Below are positions 45,887-54,757 of a DNA stretch of 64,000 nucleotides, piece after piece; the first letter of the stretch is position 1; each line of letters opens with the position of its first letter. The stretch lies in assembly GCA_036397615.1 (NCBI GenBank), contig DASWIQ010000118.1, positions 107,012-171,011 of the forward strand, read 5' to 3'. The notes under the pieces were generated by a model. The model ran no database searches and was not told where the DNA came from. It saw only the letters and a list, made by a program, of their open reading frames with translations. Both the position numbers and the translations under genes were made by a program. Source of the DNA: Steroidobacteraceae bacterium (lineage in GTDB: Bacteria > Pseudomonadota > Gammaproteobacteria > Steroidobacterales > Steroidobacteraceae).

Positions 45887-46693
45887 TCAGACCTGTGCGC
45901 TCAGCGAAAGACCCGGAACGCGCGCGAGCTCCGCGGAGATCTCGCGGCTCGCCTGCCTGAGCATCGCGAGCCGTTCGCGGACCAGCTTGACCTTGGTGAT
46001 GCGGCGCGAGTGGCTCGAGCTGTTCAGCGACGCGACAACTCGCCCGTACTGGTCATGCACGGGCACGGCGACGGCGACGACGCCGTAAGCGAGCTCGTCC
46101 TCGACCGCCGAATAGCCTGCCTTGCGGCATTCCTCGATCAGCTGGCGGATCTTCCGGGGGTCGGTGACCGTGGAATCCGTCAGGGCGACGAACTGCTGCG
46201 TGCGAAAATAGTTTTCGAGACGCTCCGGCGCGAGTCCCGCGAGAAGTACGCGGCCCATGGATGTCACATGCGCCGGAAAACGGCTGCCGACATGCGCCTC
46301 CAGGCGCATCAGCGTGCGCACGGAAGTGCGCGCGACATACACGATGTCGTTGCCGTCGAGCACGGATAGCGCCGCCGAGTCGCCCGTCAGGCGCGCGAGT
46401 TCCTCGAGATGCGTTTTCGTGAGGTGCTCGATGTCCATCGATTCCAGATAGGCGGCGCCGAACTCGAGCACTTTCGGCCGCAGCAGGAATTGCCTCCCCC
46501 GCCGCGTGACATAGCCGAGCTCCTCGAGCGTCAGCAGGCACCGGCGCGCGGTGGCCGCGGGCATGCGCGCGATGCCGGCGACTTCGGAGAGCGTCAGCGC
46601 CGAATGGTCGCGGGTGAAGGCGCGGATCACCTGGAGCCCTTTTGCGAGCCCGCCCATGGCTTCCCTGCGCACCGGTGTCTGGCGGCGTGGCAT
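45887..46693 (-). CDS. IclR family transcriptional regulator (PcaR/PcaU-like)
   Basis: LAKGLQVIRAF, LTLSEVAGIARMPAATARRCLLTLEELGYV, VGSRFPAHVTSMGRVLLA and the effector domain segment GYSAVEDELAYGVVAVAVPV. Confidence 0.9.
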   Translation of the reverse strand: MPRRQTPVRREAMGGLAKGLQVIRAFTRDHSALTLSEVAGIARMPAATARRCLLTLEELGYVTRRGRQFLLRPKVLEFGAAYLESMDIEHLTKTHLEELARLTGDSAALSVLDGNDIVYVARTSVRTLMRLEAHVGSRFPAHVTSMGRVLLAGLAPERLENYFRTQQFVALTDSTVTDPRKIRQLIEECRKAGYSAVEDELAYGVVAVAVPVHDQYGRVVASLNSSSHSRRITKVKLVRERLAMLRQASREISAELARVPGLSLSAQV

Positions 46694-46706
46694 GGGTTCC
46701 AGTGTA

Positions 46707-46721
46707 TTTCGATATGCGAAG
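46707..46721. promoter_or_regulatory. near-palindrome TTTCG-ATATG-CGAAG, candidate IclR-type operator (site 2)
   Basis: Lies 14 nt upstream of the IclR start codon in the divergent intergenic region. One arm mismatch. Confidence 0.4.
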
Positions 46722-46795
46722 AATCAAAAGCGATGCCGCCGCGCACTTGACGGCAAGAGGCAGTCGCGTTCAGCATGTTCGGCAGTCGAATCTCT

Positions 46796-46810
46796 TTTCG
46801 GTATACGAAA
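46796..46810. promoter_or_regulatory. palindrome TTTCG-GTATA-CGAAA (extends to TTTTCG/CGAAAA), candidate IclR-type operator (site 3)
   Basis: Perfect 6-bp arms, 34 nt upstream of the ATG at 46844 of the first catabolic gene. Confidence 0.45.
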
Positions 46811-46843
46811 ACGGGTCGAGCCGGCAGCGGGAGGCTCCGCGGC

Positions 46844-47647
46844 ATGAAAATCGGTTCGCAGGCCGGGCGCAGCTCGGCGATCTCGGCGTCGAATGCGGAT
46901 TCGATCGTCGTCCGCGGCCATGACCTGTGCCGCGAGCTCATCGGGCAGGTGACCTTCACCGACCATGCCTGGCTTCTCGTGACCGGCGCTCTCCCCACCC
47001 CCGCGCAGCGGCGCATCCTCGATGCCGCGCTCGTCGCAATCGCAGAACACGGCCTCGTGCCGAGCGTCGCGGCGAGCCGCATGACGCTCGCGGCCGCGCC
47101 AGAAGCGATCCAGGGCGCGGTAGCGGCCGGCCTCCTCGGCTGCGGCTCCGTGATCCTGGGCTCGGCCGAATCGGCCGCAAGATTCATATCAGGAATCCTC
47201 GATCGCGAATCGGCGCGCGCCATCAGCGCGGCCACGCACGCCGCGCTCGTCGAGGCGAGAGACGCGCGCCAGGCGGTCCCGGGCTTTGGACATCCGCTGC
47301 ACAAGCGCGCGGACCCGCGTGTCGAACGCCTGCTCGCCATCGCCGCCGAGTCCGGCAGCTCCGGGCGCCACATCGAAGTCGCGCGACTCATCGAAAAGCT
47401 CCTCCCCGAGATCACTGGCAAACCGCTCGTCATGAACGTTTCAGGGGCCATTGCGGCGATGCTTCTCGACGCCGGCTATCCACTGCTCGCGGTCAAGGGC
47501 ATTCCCATCCTGGCGCGGACGGCTGGTCTCATCGCGCACCTGCTCGAGGAGCAGGAGCGATCCATCGGATTCATTCTCGCGGACGAAGGCGCCTCGGCCA
47601 TCGCCTATGACGGCAAATCGCCCGCCGGGTTCGTGCCGAGCGCCTGA
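46844..47647 (+). CDS. citryl-CoA lyase-like protein (short citrate synthase family)
   Basis: About 267 aa, with the citrate-synthase small-form pattern (AALVAIAEHGLVPS, VPGFGHPLHKRADPR, NVSGAIAAMLLDAGYP, LARTAGLIAHLLEE). Start at MKIGSQ (46844), after a GGGAGG. Confidence 0.75.
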   Translation: MKIGSQAGRSSAISASNADSIVVRGHDLCRELIGQVTFTDHAWLLVTGALPTPAQRRILDAALVAIAEHGLVPSVAASRMTLAAAPEAIQGAVAAGLLGCGSVILGSAESAARFISGILDRESARAISAATHAALVEARDARQAVPGFGHPLHKRADPRVERLLAIAAESGSSGRHIEVARLIEKLLPEITGKPLVMNVSGAIAAMLLDAGYPLLAVKGIPILARTAGLIAHLLEEQERSIGFILADEGASAIAYDGKSPAGFVPSA

Positions 47648-48834
47648 TGTTCCAATCCGTGCTCCGCGGCATCCGGATCGTCGAACAGGGCACGTTCATC
47701 ACGGGTCCCTGCGCCGCGATGATGCTCGCCGATCTCGGCGCGGACGTGATCAAGATCGAGAGCCCTGAAGGCGACCCATACCGCAGCTACCAGAAAGGGC
47801 TCTATTCGCCGCATTTCCAGGCCTACAACCGCAACAAGCGGAGCCTCGTCTGCGACCTCAAGCAGCCGGCCGACCGCGAGGTGTTCGACCAGCTGATCGC
47901 AGACGCGGATGTCTATCTCCAGAACTTCCGTCCGGGCACGGCCGAGCGGCTCGGCGCCGGCGCAAAGCGGCTGCGCGGCCTCAATCCGAAGCTCGTCTAC
48001 TGTTCGATCAGCGGCTTCGGCGCGGACGGTCCCTATGCCGACCGGCCGAGTTACGACTCGGTCGCGCAAGCGCTTTCGGGATTCCTGAGCGTCGTCGTCG
48101 ACGAGGAGCGGCCGCGATTCCTGGGCCCGGCGCTCGCCGACGCGATCACCGGGATCTACGCGGCCTACGGAATCCTGGGCGCCCTCCTCGAGCGCACGCA
48201 CACGGGACAGGGCCGGCTCGTCGAGATATCGATGTTCGAGGCGATGGCGCATTTCGCGGTCGAGCCCTTTGCCGCGTACTTCGCGCTTGGCGAAGTCCCG
48301 AAGTCGAGCGACCGCCCGCGCCTGGCGCAGGCCTACATCCTGCGGACCGCCGACAACCGCCTGCTTGCGATCCACCTGTCGTCGCTCGAGAAATTCTGGC
48401 AGGGGCTGACGACGGCGCTCGACGCCGATCATTTCAACCGGGATCCGCGATTCAACGAGCGGCTCGCCCGCATCGACAACTACGAGGCGCTCGCCGAGGA
48501 GCTCGACCGGATTTTCCGCAGGCGCCCGCTCGCGGAATGGGTCAGGCGCCTGTCGGAGAACGACGTTCCCTTCGCTCCGATCAACGGCATCGATTCGGTC
48601 GTGAAAGACCCGCAAGCCCGGCACCTCGGGCTCGTCGTGCCCGTCGAAGAGTCCCTGGAAGGCGGGCGCGAGGCCGTTCGCCCGGCGCTTCAATTCGACG
48701 GCAAGCGCGCGACCGCCGTTACTGCGGCGCCATTGCTCAATCAACATGGGGATGCGATCCGCGCGGCGCTCGAGCGCGAGCGGGCATGGCCGGCCGCCGC
48801 CACGGATTCGGTGGCGCGCCGGGCGGCCGGGTGA
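47647..48834 (+). CDS. CoA-transferase family III (CaiB/BaiF) protein
   Basis: GIRIVEQGTFITGPCAAMMLADLGADVIKIE, NRNKRS, ADVYLQNFRPG, SGFGADGPYADRPSYDSVAQA. Confidence 0.9.
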   Translation: MFQSVLRGIRIVEQGTFITGPCAAMMLADLGADVIKIESPEGDPYRSYQKGLYSPHFQAYNRNKRSLVCDLKQPADREVFDQLIADADVYLQNFRPGTAERLGAGAKRLRGLNPKLVYCSISGFGADGPYADRPSYDSVAQALSGFLSVVVDEERPRFLGPALADAITGIYAAYGILGALLERTHTGQGRLVEISMFEAMAHFAVEPFAAYFALGEVPKSSDRPRLAQAYILRTADNRLLAIHLSSLEKFWQGLTTALDADHFNRDPRFNERLARIDNYEALAEELDRIFRRRPLAEWVRRLSENDVPFAPINGIDSVVKDPQARHLGLVVPVEESLEGGREAVRPALQFDGKRATAVTAAPLLNQHGDAIRAALERERAWPAAATDSVARRAAG

Positions 48835-48839
48835 GCGAA

Positions 48840-49883
48840 ATGCCCGATCCAATCCCCGCCCTCTTCCCCACCACGCTCGTCGGCAGCATGCCGCAGCCGG
48901 ACTGGCTGATCGATCGCGAGAAACTTGCCGGGCGCTTTCCGCCCCGCGTGCGGGCGCGCGAGCTTTGGCGCATCCCGGAGGACCATCTGGTCGAAGCGCA
49001 GGACGACGCGACGATCGTCGCGATCCGCGCGCAGGAAGAGGCGGGGCTCGACATCGTCACCGACGGCGAAATCCGCCGCGAGAGCTATTCAAACCTGTTC
49101 GCGACGGCGCTCGACCGGAGCGGCCACCCGACACCGGTGCCGCGGGTCGTCGGCCCGATTCGAAGGCGTCACGCAGTCGGCGTCCGCGATCTCGAGTTCC
49201 TGCGCCGCCACACGACGAAGCCGGTCAAGGTGACGGTGCCGGGTCCGTTCACGATGTCGCAGCAGGCGCAGATCGACCATTACGGCGGGAGCCGCCACCT
49301 CGCGGCCGCGGATTACGCCGTCGCGCTGAACGGGGAGATTCGCGATCTCTTCTCGGCCGGCGCCGACATCGTGCAGATCGACGAGCCCTACATGCAGGCG
49401 CGGCCCGAAGAAGCGCGCCAGTTCGGCCTCGAGGTGCTCAATCGCGCGCTCGAGGGCGTGAAAGGCACGACGGCGGTTCACATCTGTTTCGGCTACGCCG
49501 CGATCATCCACACGAGATCGACCGCGTATTCCTTCCTGCCCGAGCTCGCGGGCTGCCGATGCCAGCAGATTTCGCTCGAGACCGCTCAACCGAGCCTCGA
49601 CTGCTCGATCCTCAAGTCACTCGACGGAAAGAAGATCATGCTCGGCGCGATCGACCTCGGAGATCCCGGGATCGAGACGCCGGAAACCGTGGCCGCGCGC
49701 ATCCGGCGCGCGCTGCCCTTCGTGCGCGCGGAGGACATCATCGTCGCGCCCGACTGCGGATTGAAATACCTGAGCCGGGAAACCGCTTTCGGAAAGCTCA
49801 AGGCGATGGTCGCCGGCGCCGCCATTCTTCGCGAAGAGATGGCGCGAGACTCCGGGCCCGTCAGGATGCAATCGAACTCTTAA
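48840..49883 (+). CDS. cobalamin-independent methionine synthase (MetE C-terminal domain)-like family protein
   Basis: LFPTTLVGSMPQPDWL, DIVTDGEIRRESYSN, VTVPGPFTM, IVQIDEPY, VHICFGY, APDCGLKYL. Start at MPDPIP (48840). Confidence 0.85.
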   Translation: MPDPIPALFPTTLVGSMPQPDWLIDREKLAGRFPPRVRARELWRIPEDHLVEAQDDATIVAIRAQEEAGLDIVTDGEIRRESYSNLFATALDRSGHPTPVPRVVGPIRRRHAVGVRDLEFLRRHTTKPVKVTVPGPFTMSQQAQIDHYGGSRHLAAADYAVALNGEIRDLFSAGADIVQIDEPYMQARPEEARQFGLEVLNRALEGVKGTTAVHICFGYAAIIHTRSTAYSFLPELAGCRCQQISLETAQPSLDCSILKSLDGKKIMLGAIDLGDPGIETPETVAARIRRALPFVRAEDIIVAPDCGLKYLSRETAFGKLKAMVAGAAILREEMARDSGPVRMQSNS

Positions 49884-49896
49884 CGCGGAGACGCAA

Positions 49897-52086
49897 ATGT
49901 ACATATCCAAGGGGATTTCCATGCTGGCGGCCTGGATCGTCGCGACGGCAGTCGCGATGCCGGTGATGGCCCAGAGCACGGAAATGGAAGAAATCGTCGT
50001 GACGGCCCGCAAGCGCGACGAGTCGTTCCAGGACGTGCCGGTGACCATCAACGTGTTCACCGAAACGCTGGTCGAGGACGCCGGCATCCTGCGGCCGGCC
50101 GACTTCATCCAGCTGGTGCCGAACATGACGCTGGTCGAGACCCAGAACGCGGGTAACGCCTTCGTGGTCATTCGCGGCATTTCTCAGGCGCGCAACAGCG
50201 AGCCCAGTGTCGCCGTGCAGGTTGACGGCGTGCTCCAGACCAACCCGGCGGAATTCAACCAGGAGCTGTTCGACATCCAGCAGATCGAAGTCCTGAAGGG
50301 ACCGCAGGGCGCACTGTACGGGCGCAACGCCATCGGCGGCGCGATCATCGTCACGACCCGGGACCCGGCCGACGAATTCGAGGCGACCGTCAAGGCGGGC
50401 TACGGCAACGAGAATTCGATTCGCGGTCAGCTCGGCATCAGCGGGCCGCTCGGCGACACGGCCGGCTACCGCGCATCGGTCAACTACTACGAGACCGACG
50501 GCTTCCTGCACAACGTATTCCTGAACGAATCGGTGGACCCGGTGGAGAACTTCTCGGGCCGCGTGCGCTTCGTCTGGGAGCCCAGCGACCGGTTTACCGG
50601 GGACTTCCGCGTGTCGATCGACGACCTCTCGACCCGCGCGCTCTACTTCGTGATCCCGCGCGACGACGAGTCGAACCCGTTCAGCACCTTCTTCACGCCA
50701 CCGAACGCCAATAACGTCGAGGAGCCGATCCAGCTCGACAATCCCGGCATCAACGACCGTGACCTGTTCAACTCGTCGCTGAAGCTCGATTTCGGGGCCG
50801 GCAGCGGCACCCTGACGTCCGTAACTCACTACAACACGACCGAGGAGATCCTGACCGGCGACGCCTTCGATTTCCGGCCGGCGCCAAACTCGATCTTCAT
50901 GGCCCTGTTCGGGACGGACCTGAACCAGAGCCAGTTCCTCGACATCGAGAGCTACAGCCAGGAAATCCGCTATACCTCGCCGACAGAGGGCAAGTTCCGC
51001 TGGATCGCGGGCGCCTACTTCGTGCACACGGACCGGTTCATCTCGACCGGCAACAACGTGGATACGGGCGCAGGCGTGTTCCCGATCTATCGGGAGCCGC
51101 GGCTGACGGGCCCGAACCCGAGCGCCACCTTCCTCGCCGACGAACAGGACAACGATGCCTGGGCCGTGTTCGCGAACGCGACCTTCGAAATCGGCGACAA
51201 AGTCGAGCTCGACGCGGCGATCCGCTACGACGAAGACAAGCGCGAGAATACGACGGTCACGCCGGAGGCCTTCCTGCCGGCCGGCACGCCGCCCGGATCG
51301 AGCGGTCAGGTCCGCACGCACACCTGGAGCGAGCCGCAGCCCAAGATCACTCTGCGTTACGAGCCCACCGAGAATACGACCATTTACGGTGGCCTGAGCC
51401 GCGGGTTCAGGAGCGGCGGCTTCAACCAGACCGGCGTCGGCGCGGTGGCGGACGCGAATGGCGTCGCGGGCGTCAACGACCTGTTCGAGGCCGAGGCGGC
51501 CGATACCGCCGAGATCGGCGTGAAGTCGCAGCTCCTCGACGGACGCCTGAACCTGGGCGCCGCGGCCTTCTACACGGAGTCGGAGAACGGCTACTTCTTC
51601 GTGTTCCTCGCCGCGAATTCGACCCAAAATCTCGGCAATCTCGACGCGCGCTACAAGGGCTTCGAGGTCGAGATGAACTGGCATGCGACGGACAATTTCG
51701 ACCTGTACGCGAGCTACGGCTACACCGACAGCCAGATCACGGACATGGAGGATCCGACCGTCATCGGCAACGAGGCACCGCTCGTCTCGCGCATGACCGG
51801 CAACCTCGGCATGCAGTACGTAGTGCCGGTCGGCGAGCTCGACCTGTCGTTCCGGGTCGACTATCGCCACACGGGCCGCACCTGGTGGGAGCCGTACAAC
51901 ACGACTTCGCGCAACCCGATCGACATCGTGGATGCGCGCATCGGCCTCGAGGGCGAGCGTTGGGCCGCGACCCTGTGGGGCAAGAACATCACGGACAAGG
52001 AATACAATCAGGAATTCTCGCCGGGCGGCTTCCTTTTCAAGGCGCTGCCGATCCGCTACGGCGTCGAGTTCGAATACAGCTTCTGA
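49897..52086 (+). CDS. TonB-dependent outer-membrane receptor
   Basis: Signal peptide, TonB-box/plug region (EEIVVTARKR, IEVLKGPQGALYGRNAIGGAI), a long beta-barrel and a terminal aromatic residue (EFEYSF). Confidence 0.92.
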   Translation: MYISKGISMLAAWIVATAVAMPVMAQSTEMEEIVVTARKRDESFQDVPVTINVFTETLVEDAGILRPADFIQLVPNMTLVETQNAGNAFVVIRGISQARNSEPSVAVQVDGVLQTNPAEFNQELFDIQQIEVLKGPQGALYGRNAIGGAIIVTTRDPADEFEATVKAGYGNENSIRGQLGISGPLGDTAGYRASVNYYETDGFLHNVFLNESVDPVENFSGRVRFVWEPSDRFTGDFRVSIDDLSTRALYFVIPRDDESNPFSTFFTPPNANNVEEPIQLDNPGINDRDLFNSSLKLDFGAGSGTLTSVTHYNTTEEILTGDAFDFRPAPNSIFMALFGTDLNQSQFLDIESYSQEIRYTSPTEGKFRWIAGAYFVHTDRFISTGNNVDTGAGVFPIYREPRLTGPNPSATFLADEQDNDAWAVFANATFEIGDKVELDAAIRYDEDKRENTTVTPEAFLPAGTPPGSSGQVRTHTWSEPQPKITLRYEPTENTTIYGGLSRGFRSGGFNQTGVGAVADANGVAGVNDLFEAEAADTAEIGVKSQLLDGRLNLGAAAFYTESENGYFFVFLAANSTQNLGNLDARYKGFEVEMNWHATDNFDLYASYGYTDSQITDMEDPTVIGNEAPLVSRMTGNLGMQYVVPVGELDLSFRVDYRHTGRTWWEPYNTTSRNPIDIVDARIGLEGERWAATLWGKNITDKEYNQEFSPGGFLFKALPIRYGVEFEYSF

Positions 52087-52099
52087 CCGGAGACGGGAC

Positions 52100-52636
52100 A
52101 TGGCAACGAAGGCAAAGCTTCCAAACAGGCTTCATCACAATGCGTATGTGTCGCGCGATCTCGAGGCGACACGGAAGTTTTACGAGGATGTGATCGGGCT
52201 GCCACTGCTCGCGACCTGGTGCGAGAAAGACGTGCTCTTCGGCGCCGAGCGCACTTACTGCCACTGCTTCTTCGGCCTGCGCGATGGCGGCGCGCTCGCC
52301 TTCTTCCAGTTCGCGGATCCGCGTGACGCGGATCAGTTCGGCCCGAAGATGCCTTTCAGCCCCTTCCATCACATCGCGCTTCACGTCGACGAGGAGACGC
52401 AGAAGGGCATCGAGGAGCGGCTGACGAAGGCCGGCTACAAGGAGCCGCAATCTTTCGTGCTCGAGCACGGCTACTGCCGGTCCGTGTACGCGACCGACCC
52501 GAACGGCCTGATCGTCGAGTTCACACTCGACCACGCGGACGTCGATAAGATCAACGAGACGCGCCGGGCCGACGCCCACACTGAGCTCAAGCGCTGGCTG
52601 GGCGGCGATCACACGTCGAACAACATGTATCGATGA
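52100..52636 (+). CDS. VOC family protein (glyoxalase/extradiol-dioxygenase fold)
   Basis: LHHNAYVSRDLEATRKFYEDVIGLPL, HHIALHV, ATDPNGLIVEF. ATG at 52100, in frame within the longer tracked ORF. Confidence 0.85.
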   Translation: MATKAKLPNRLHHNAYVSRDLEATRKFYEDVIGLPLLATWCEKDVLFGAERTYCHCFFGLRDGGALAFFQFADPRDADQFGPKMPFSPFHHIALHVDEETQKGIEERLTKAGYKEPQSFVLEHGYCRSVYATDPNGLIVEFTLDHADVDKINETRRADAHTELKRWLGGDHTSNNMYR

Positions 52637-53781
52637 GGAGCAGCACCGAGCGGATCCTCACGACGCACGTCGGCAGCCTGCCGCGCTCGCAGGCCGTGAC
52701 CGACGTCCTTTTCGGCCGCGAGAAGGGCGAGATCAGGGACAGGAGCGCAGCGTCGGCGGTCATTTCGGACGCGGTCGCCGAGGTGGTGCGCCGGCAGGTC
52801 GAAGCCGGCGTCGACGTCGTGAGCGACGGCGAGTCGAGCAAGATCAGCTACGCGACCTACATCGCCGACCGCTTCGAGGGCTTCGGCGGCGACACGCCGC
52901 GCGAGCCGGGCCAGGATCTCGTCGAATTTCCCCGGCTGCTCGCCAAGCTCGCGGAGCGCGGTACGACGGCAAAGTACCGGCGCCCGCGTTGCATCGCCGA
53001 GATCAGGCCCAAGGATTCCGGGCCGCTCCACGAGGACCTGCGGAACTTCCTTCGCGCGCTCGACGCAGCAAAGCCGACGGAAGGCTTCCTGAATGCCGCG
53101 TCGCCCGGCGTGATCGCCCTGTTCCAGCCGAACGACTACTACAAGACCCAGGACGCCTATCTCGAAGCGCTTGGCGAAGCCATGCGATCGGAATACGAGG
53201 CGATCGTGAGCGCGGGATTCCTGCTTCAGATCGACGCACCGGACCTCGGCATGGGCCGCCACACGATGTACCGGAACGCGAGCGTCGGCGATTATCTGAA
53301 TGCCGCGGCGCGGCACATCGAGGTCCTGAACCACGCCCTCCGAAATCTCCCTGCCGATCGCATGCGTATGCACATCTGCTGGGGGAACTACGAAGGGCCC
53401 CATCACCATGACGTGCCTCTCGAGCAGCTCCTGCCGGTGGTGATCAAGGCCAGGCCACAGGCCCTGCTGTTCGAATCCGCCAATCCGCGGCACGCGCACG
53501 AGTGGGCCGTGTTTCGCGATCAGCGCGTGCCGGATGACAAGATTCTCGTGCCAGGCGTCCTCAGCACCACGACGAATTACGTCGAGCATCCGGAACTGGT
53601 GGCGGAACGCATCGTCCGCTTCGCGGAAATCGTCGGACGCGAACGCGTGATCGCCGGATCAGACTGCGGATTCGGCACATTCGCCGGATTCGGCCCCGTC
53701 GACCCGGACATCGTCTATCTGAAACTCGGCTCGCTCGCCGAAGGCGCCCGGATTGCCAGCCGCAGGCTTTGGCGGCACTGA
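52633..53781 (+). CDS. cobalamin-independent methionine synthase II (MetE-like/UROD-fold) family protein
   Basis: ILTTHVGSLPRS, VDVVSDGE, LQIDAPDL, MHICWGNY, GSDCGFG. ATGA overlap with the VOC gene. Confidence 0.85.
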   Translation: MRSSTERILTTHVGSLPRSQAVTDVLFGREKGEIRDRSAASAVISDAVAEVVRRQVEAGVDVVSDGESSKISYATYIADRFEGFGGDTPREPGQDLVEFPRLLAKLAERGTTAKYRRPRCIAEIRPKDSGPLHEDLRNFLRALDAAKPTEGFLNAASPGVIALFQPNDYYKTQDAYLEALGEAMRSEYEAIVSAGFLLQIDAPDLGMGRHTMYRNASVGDYLNAAARHIEVLNHALRNLPADRMRMHICWGNYEGPHHHDVPLEQLLPVVIKARPQALLFESANPRHAHEWAVFRDQRVPDDKILVPGVLSTTTNYVEHPELVAERIVRFAEIVGRERVIAGSDCGFGTFAGFGPVDPDIVYLKLGSLAEGARIASRRLWRH

Positions 53782-53893
53782 GTCGCAGTTCCTCAGTTTC
53801 CGGGTGCGATTTACTACATAAGGCATTGATTCGACACAGTAACGTCATCTGGCCTTAACAGCACTGCAATACGCGGGGCTCATTCTCCATGCC

Positions 53894-54445
53894 ATGGGAA
53901 TACGCCTCGCAACCGCGTTTCAGCATTTCGATCAGGCGGAACTCCGCTTCTGCCGCTACTTGAACCGTCCGAGCGGTTCGCAGGTGCTTCGCGCGTTCTT
54001 CAACAGTGTCAGCCGGCTGGGTGACGGCTGGCTTTGGTACGCGTTGATTGCGGTGCAGCCGATCCTCCTTGGCGCGCAAGGCTGGTTTGCGGCGGCACAC
54101 CTCGCCGTGACCGGCGGAATCGGCCTGCTCGCCTACAAGTTGATCAAGCGCCATGCGGTCCGCGAGCGCCCGTTCATCACGCACCCGGCGATCAACTGCG
54201 CGGCCGCACCGCTCGATCGTTACAGCTTCCCGTCCGGCCACACACTGCACGCGGTTTCGTTCGCGCTTCTCGGTTCCCACTATCTCCCGGAGCTTGCCGG
54301 CCCGCTCGCGGCCTTCGCGCTGCTCGTCGCGCTGTCGCGCGTCGTTCTCGGCCTGCATTATCCGACCGATGTCGCCGCGGGTGCGGTCCTGGGCGGCGGT
54401 CTCGCCCTCGCAAGCCTGCAGGTCGTGCAGTCGCTGATTGTCTAG
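53894..54445 (+). CDS. PAP2 family phosphatase (membrane)
   Basis: All three PAP2 motifs are present: KRHAVRERPF, PSGH, SRVVLGLHYPTD. Confidence 0.9.
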   Translation: MGIRLATAFQHFDQAELRFCRYLNRPSGSQVLRAFFNSVSRLGDGWLWYALIAVQPILLGAQGWFAAAHLAVTGGIGLLAYKLIKRHAVRERPFITHPAINCAAAPLDRYSFPSGHTLHAVSFALLGSHYLPELAGPLAAFALLVALSRVVLGLHYPTDVAAGAVLGGGLALASLQVVQSLIV

Positions 54446-54539
54446 AAAAAGACTCAGAACGAATTCACAGGTATTTCAAGACTCCGGCCGTCGCCTCGGG
54501 GACGCTGGCACGCGTCCAAAACCAACCCGGGAGGCGACC

Positions 54540-54692
54540 ATGAAAGCCCTTGCTGCTGTCTTTGCGAGTCTGATCATCACGCCAGCTCTCGCCGAAGTTT
54601 CCGCGTTCTACGAGATCCATGTCTGGGCCTGGCGGAACAATCCCGACGGCACTTTCGCCGACTGGAATCCGCGGGTGTCCTGCGCCGGATAA
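54540..54692 (+). CDS. small secreted protein (50 aa; ~31-aa mature peptide)
   Basis: GGGAGG SD 6 nt before the ATG at 54540. Signal peptide MKALAAVFASLIITPALA. An intrinsic terminator follows 39 nt after the stop. Confidence 0.5.
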   Translation: MKALAAVFASLIITPALAEVSAFYEIHVWAWRNNPDGTFADWNPRVSCAG

Positions 54693-54730
54693 CCGCTGCC
54701 GGCGAACTGAGATATCCGGCTTCGTTTCCA

Positions 54731-54757
54731 GGGCCACCCGGCGGGTGGCCCTTTTCC
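54731..54757 (+). terminator. Rho-independent terminator
   Basis: GGGCCACCC-ggc-GGGTGGCCC (9-bp GC stem) followed by TTTTCC. It lies between convergent genes. Confidence 0.7.

Noticed and set aside
49884-49896. Cobalamin riboswitch upstream of the TonB receptor or MetE-like genes
   Set aside because: The intergenic gaps are 5-13 nt. The genes are embedded in an operon.
49861-52101. 746-aa minus-strand ORF
   Set aside because: It is antisense to the TonB-dependent receptor, which has a plug, a barrel and a terminal Phe. It is Arg/Asp/Val-rich shadow sequence.
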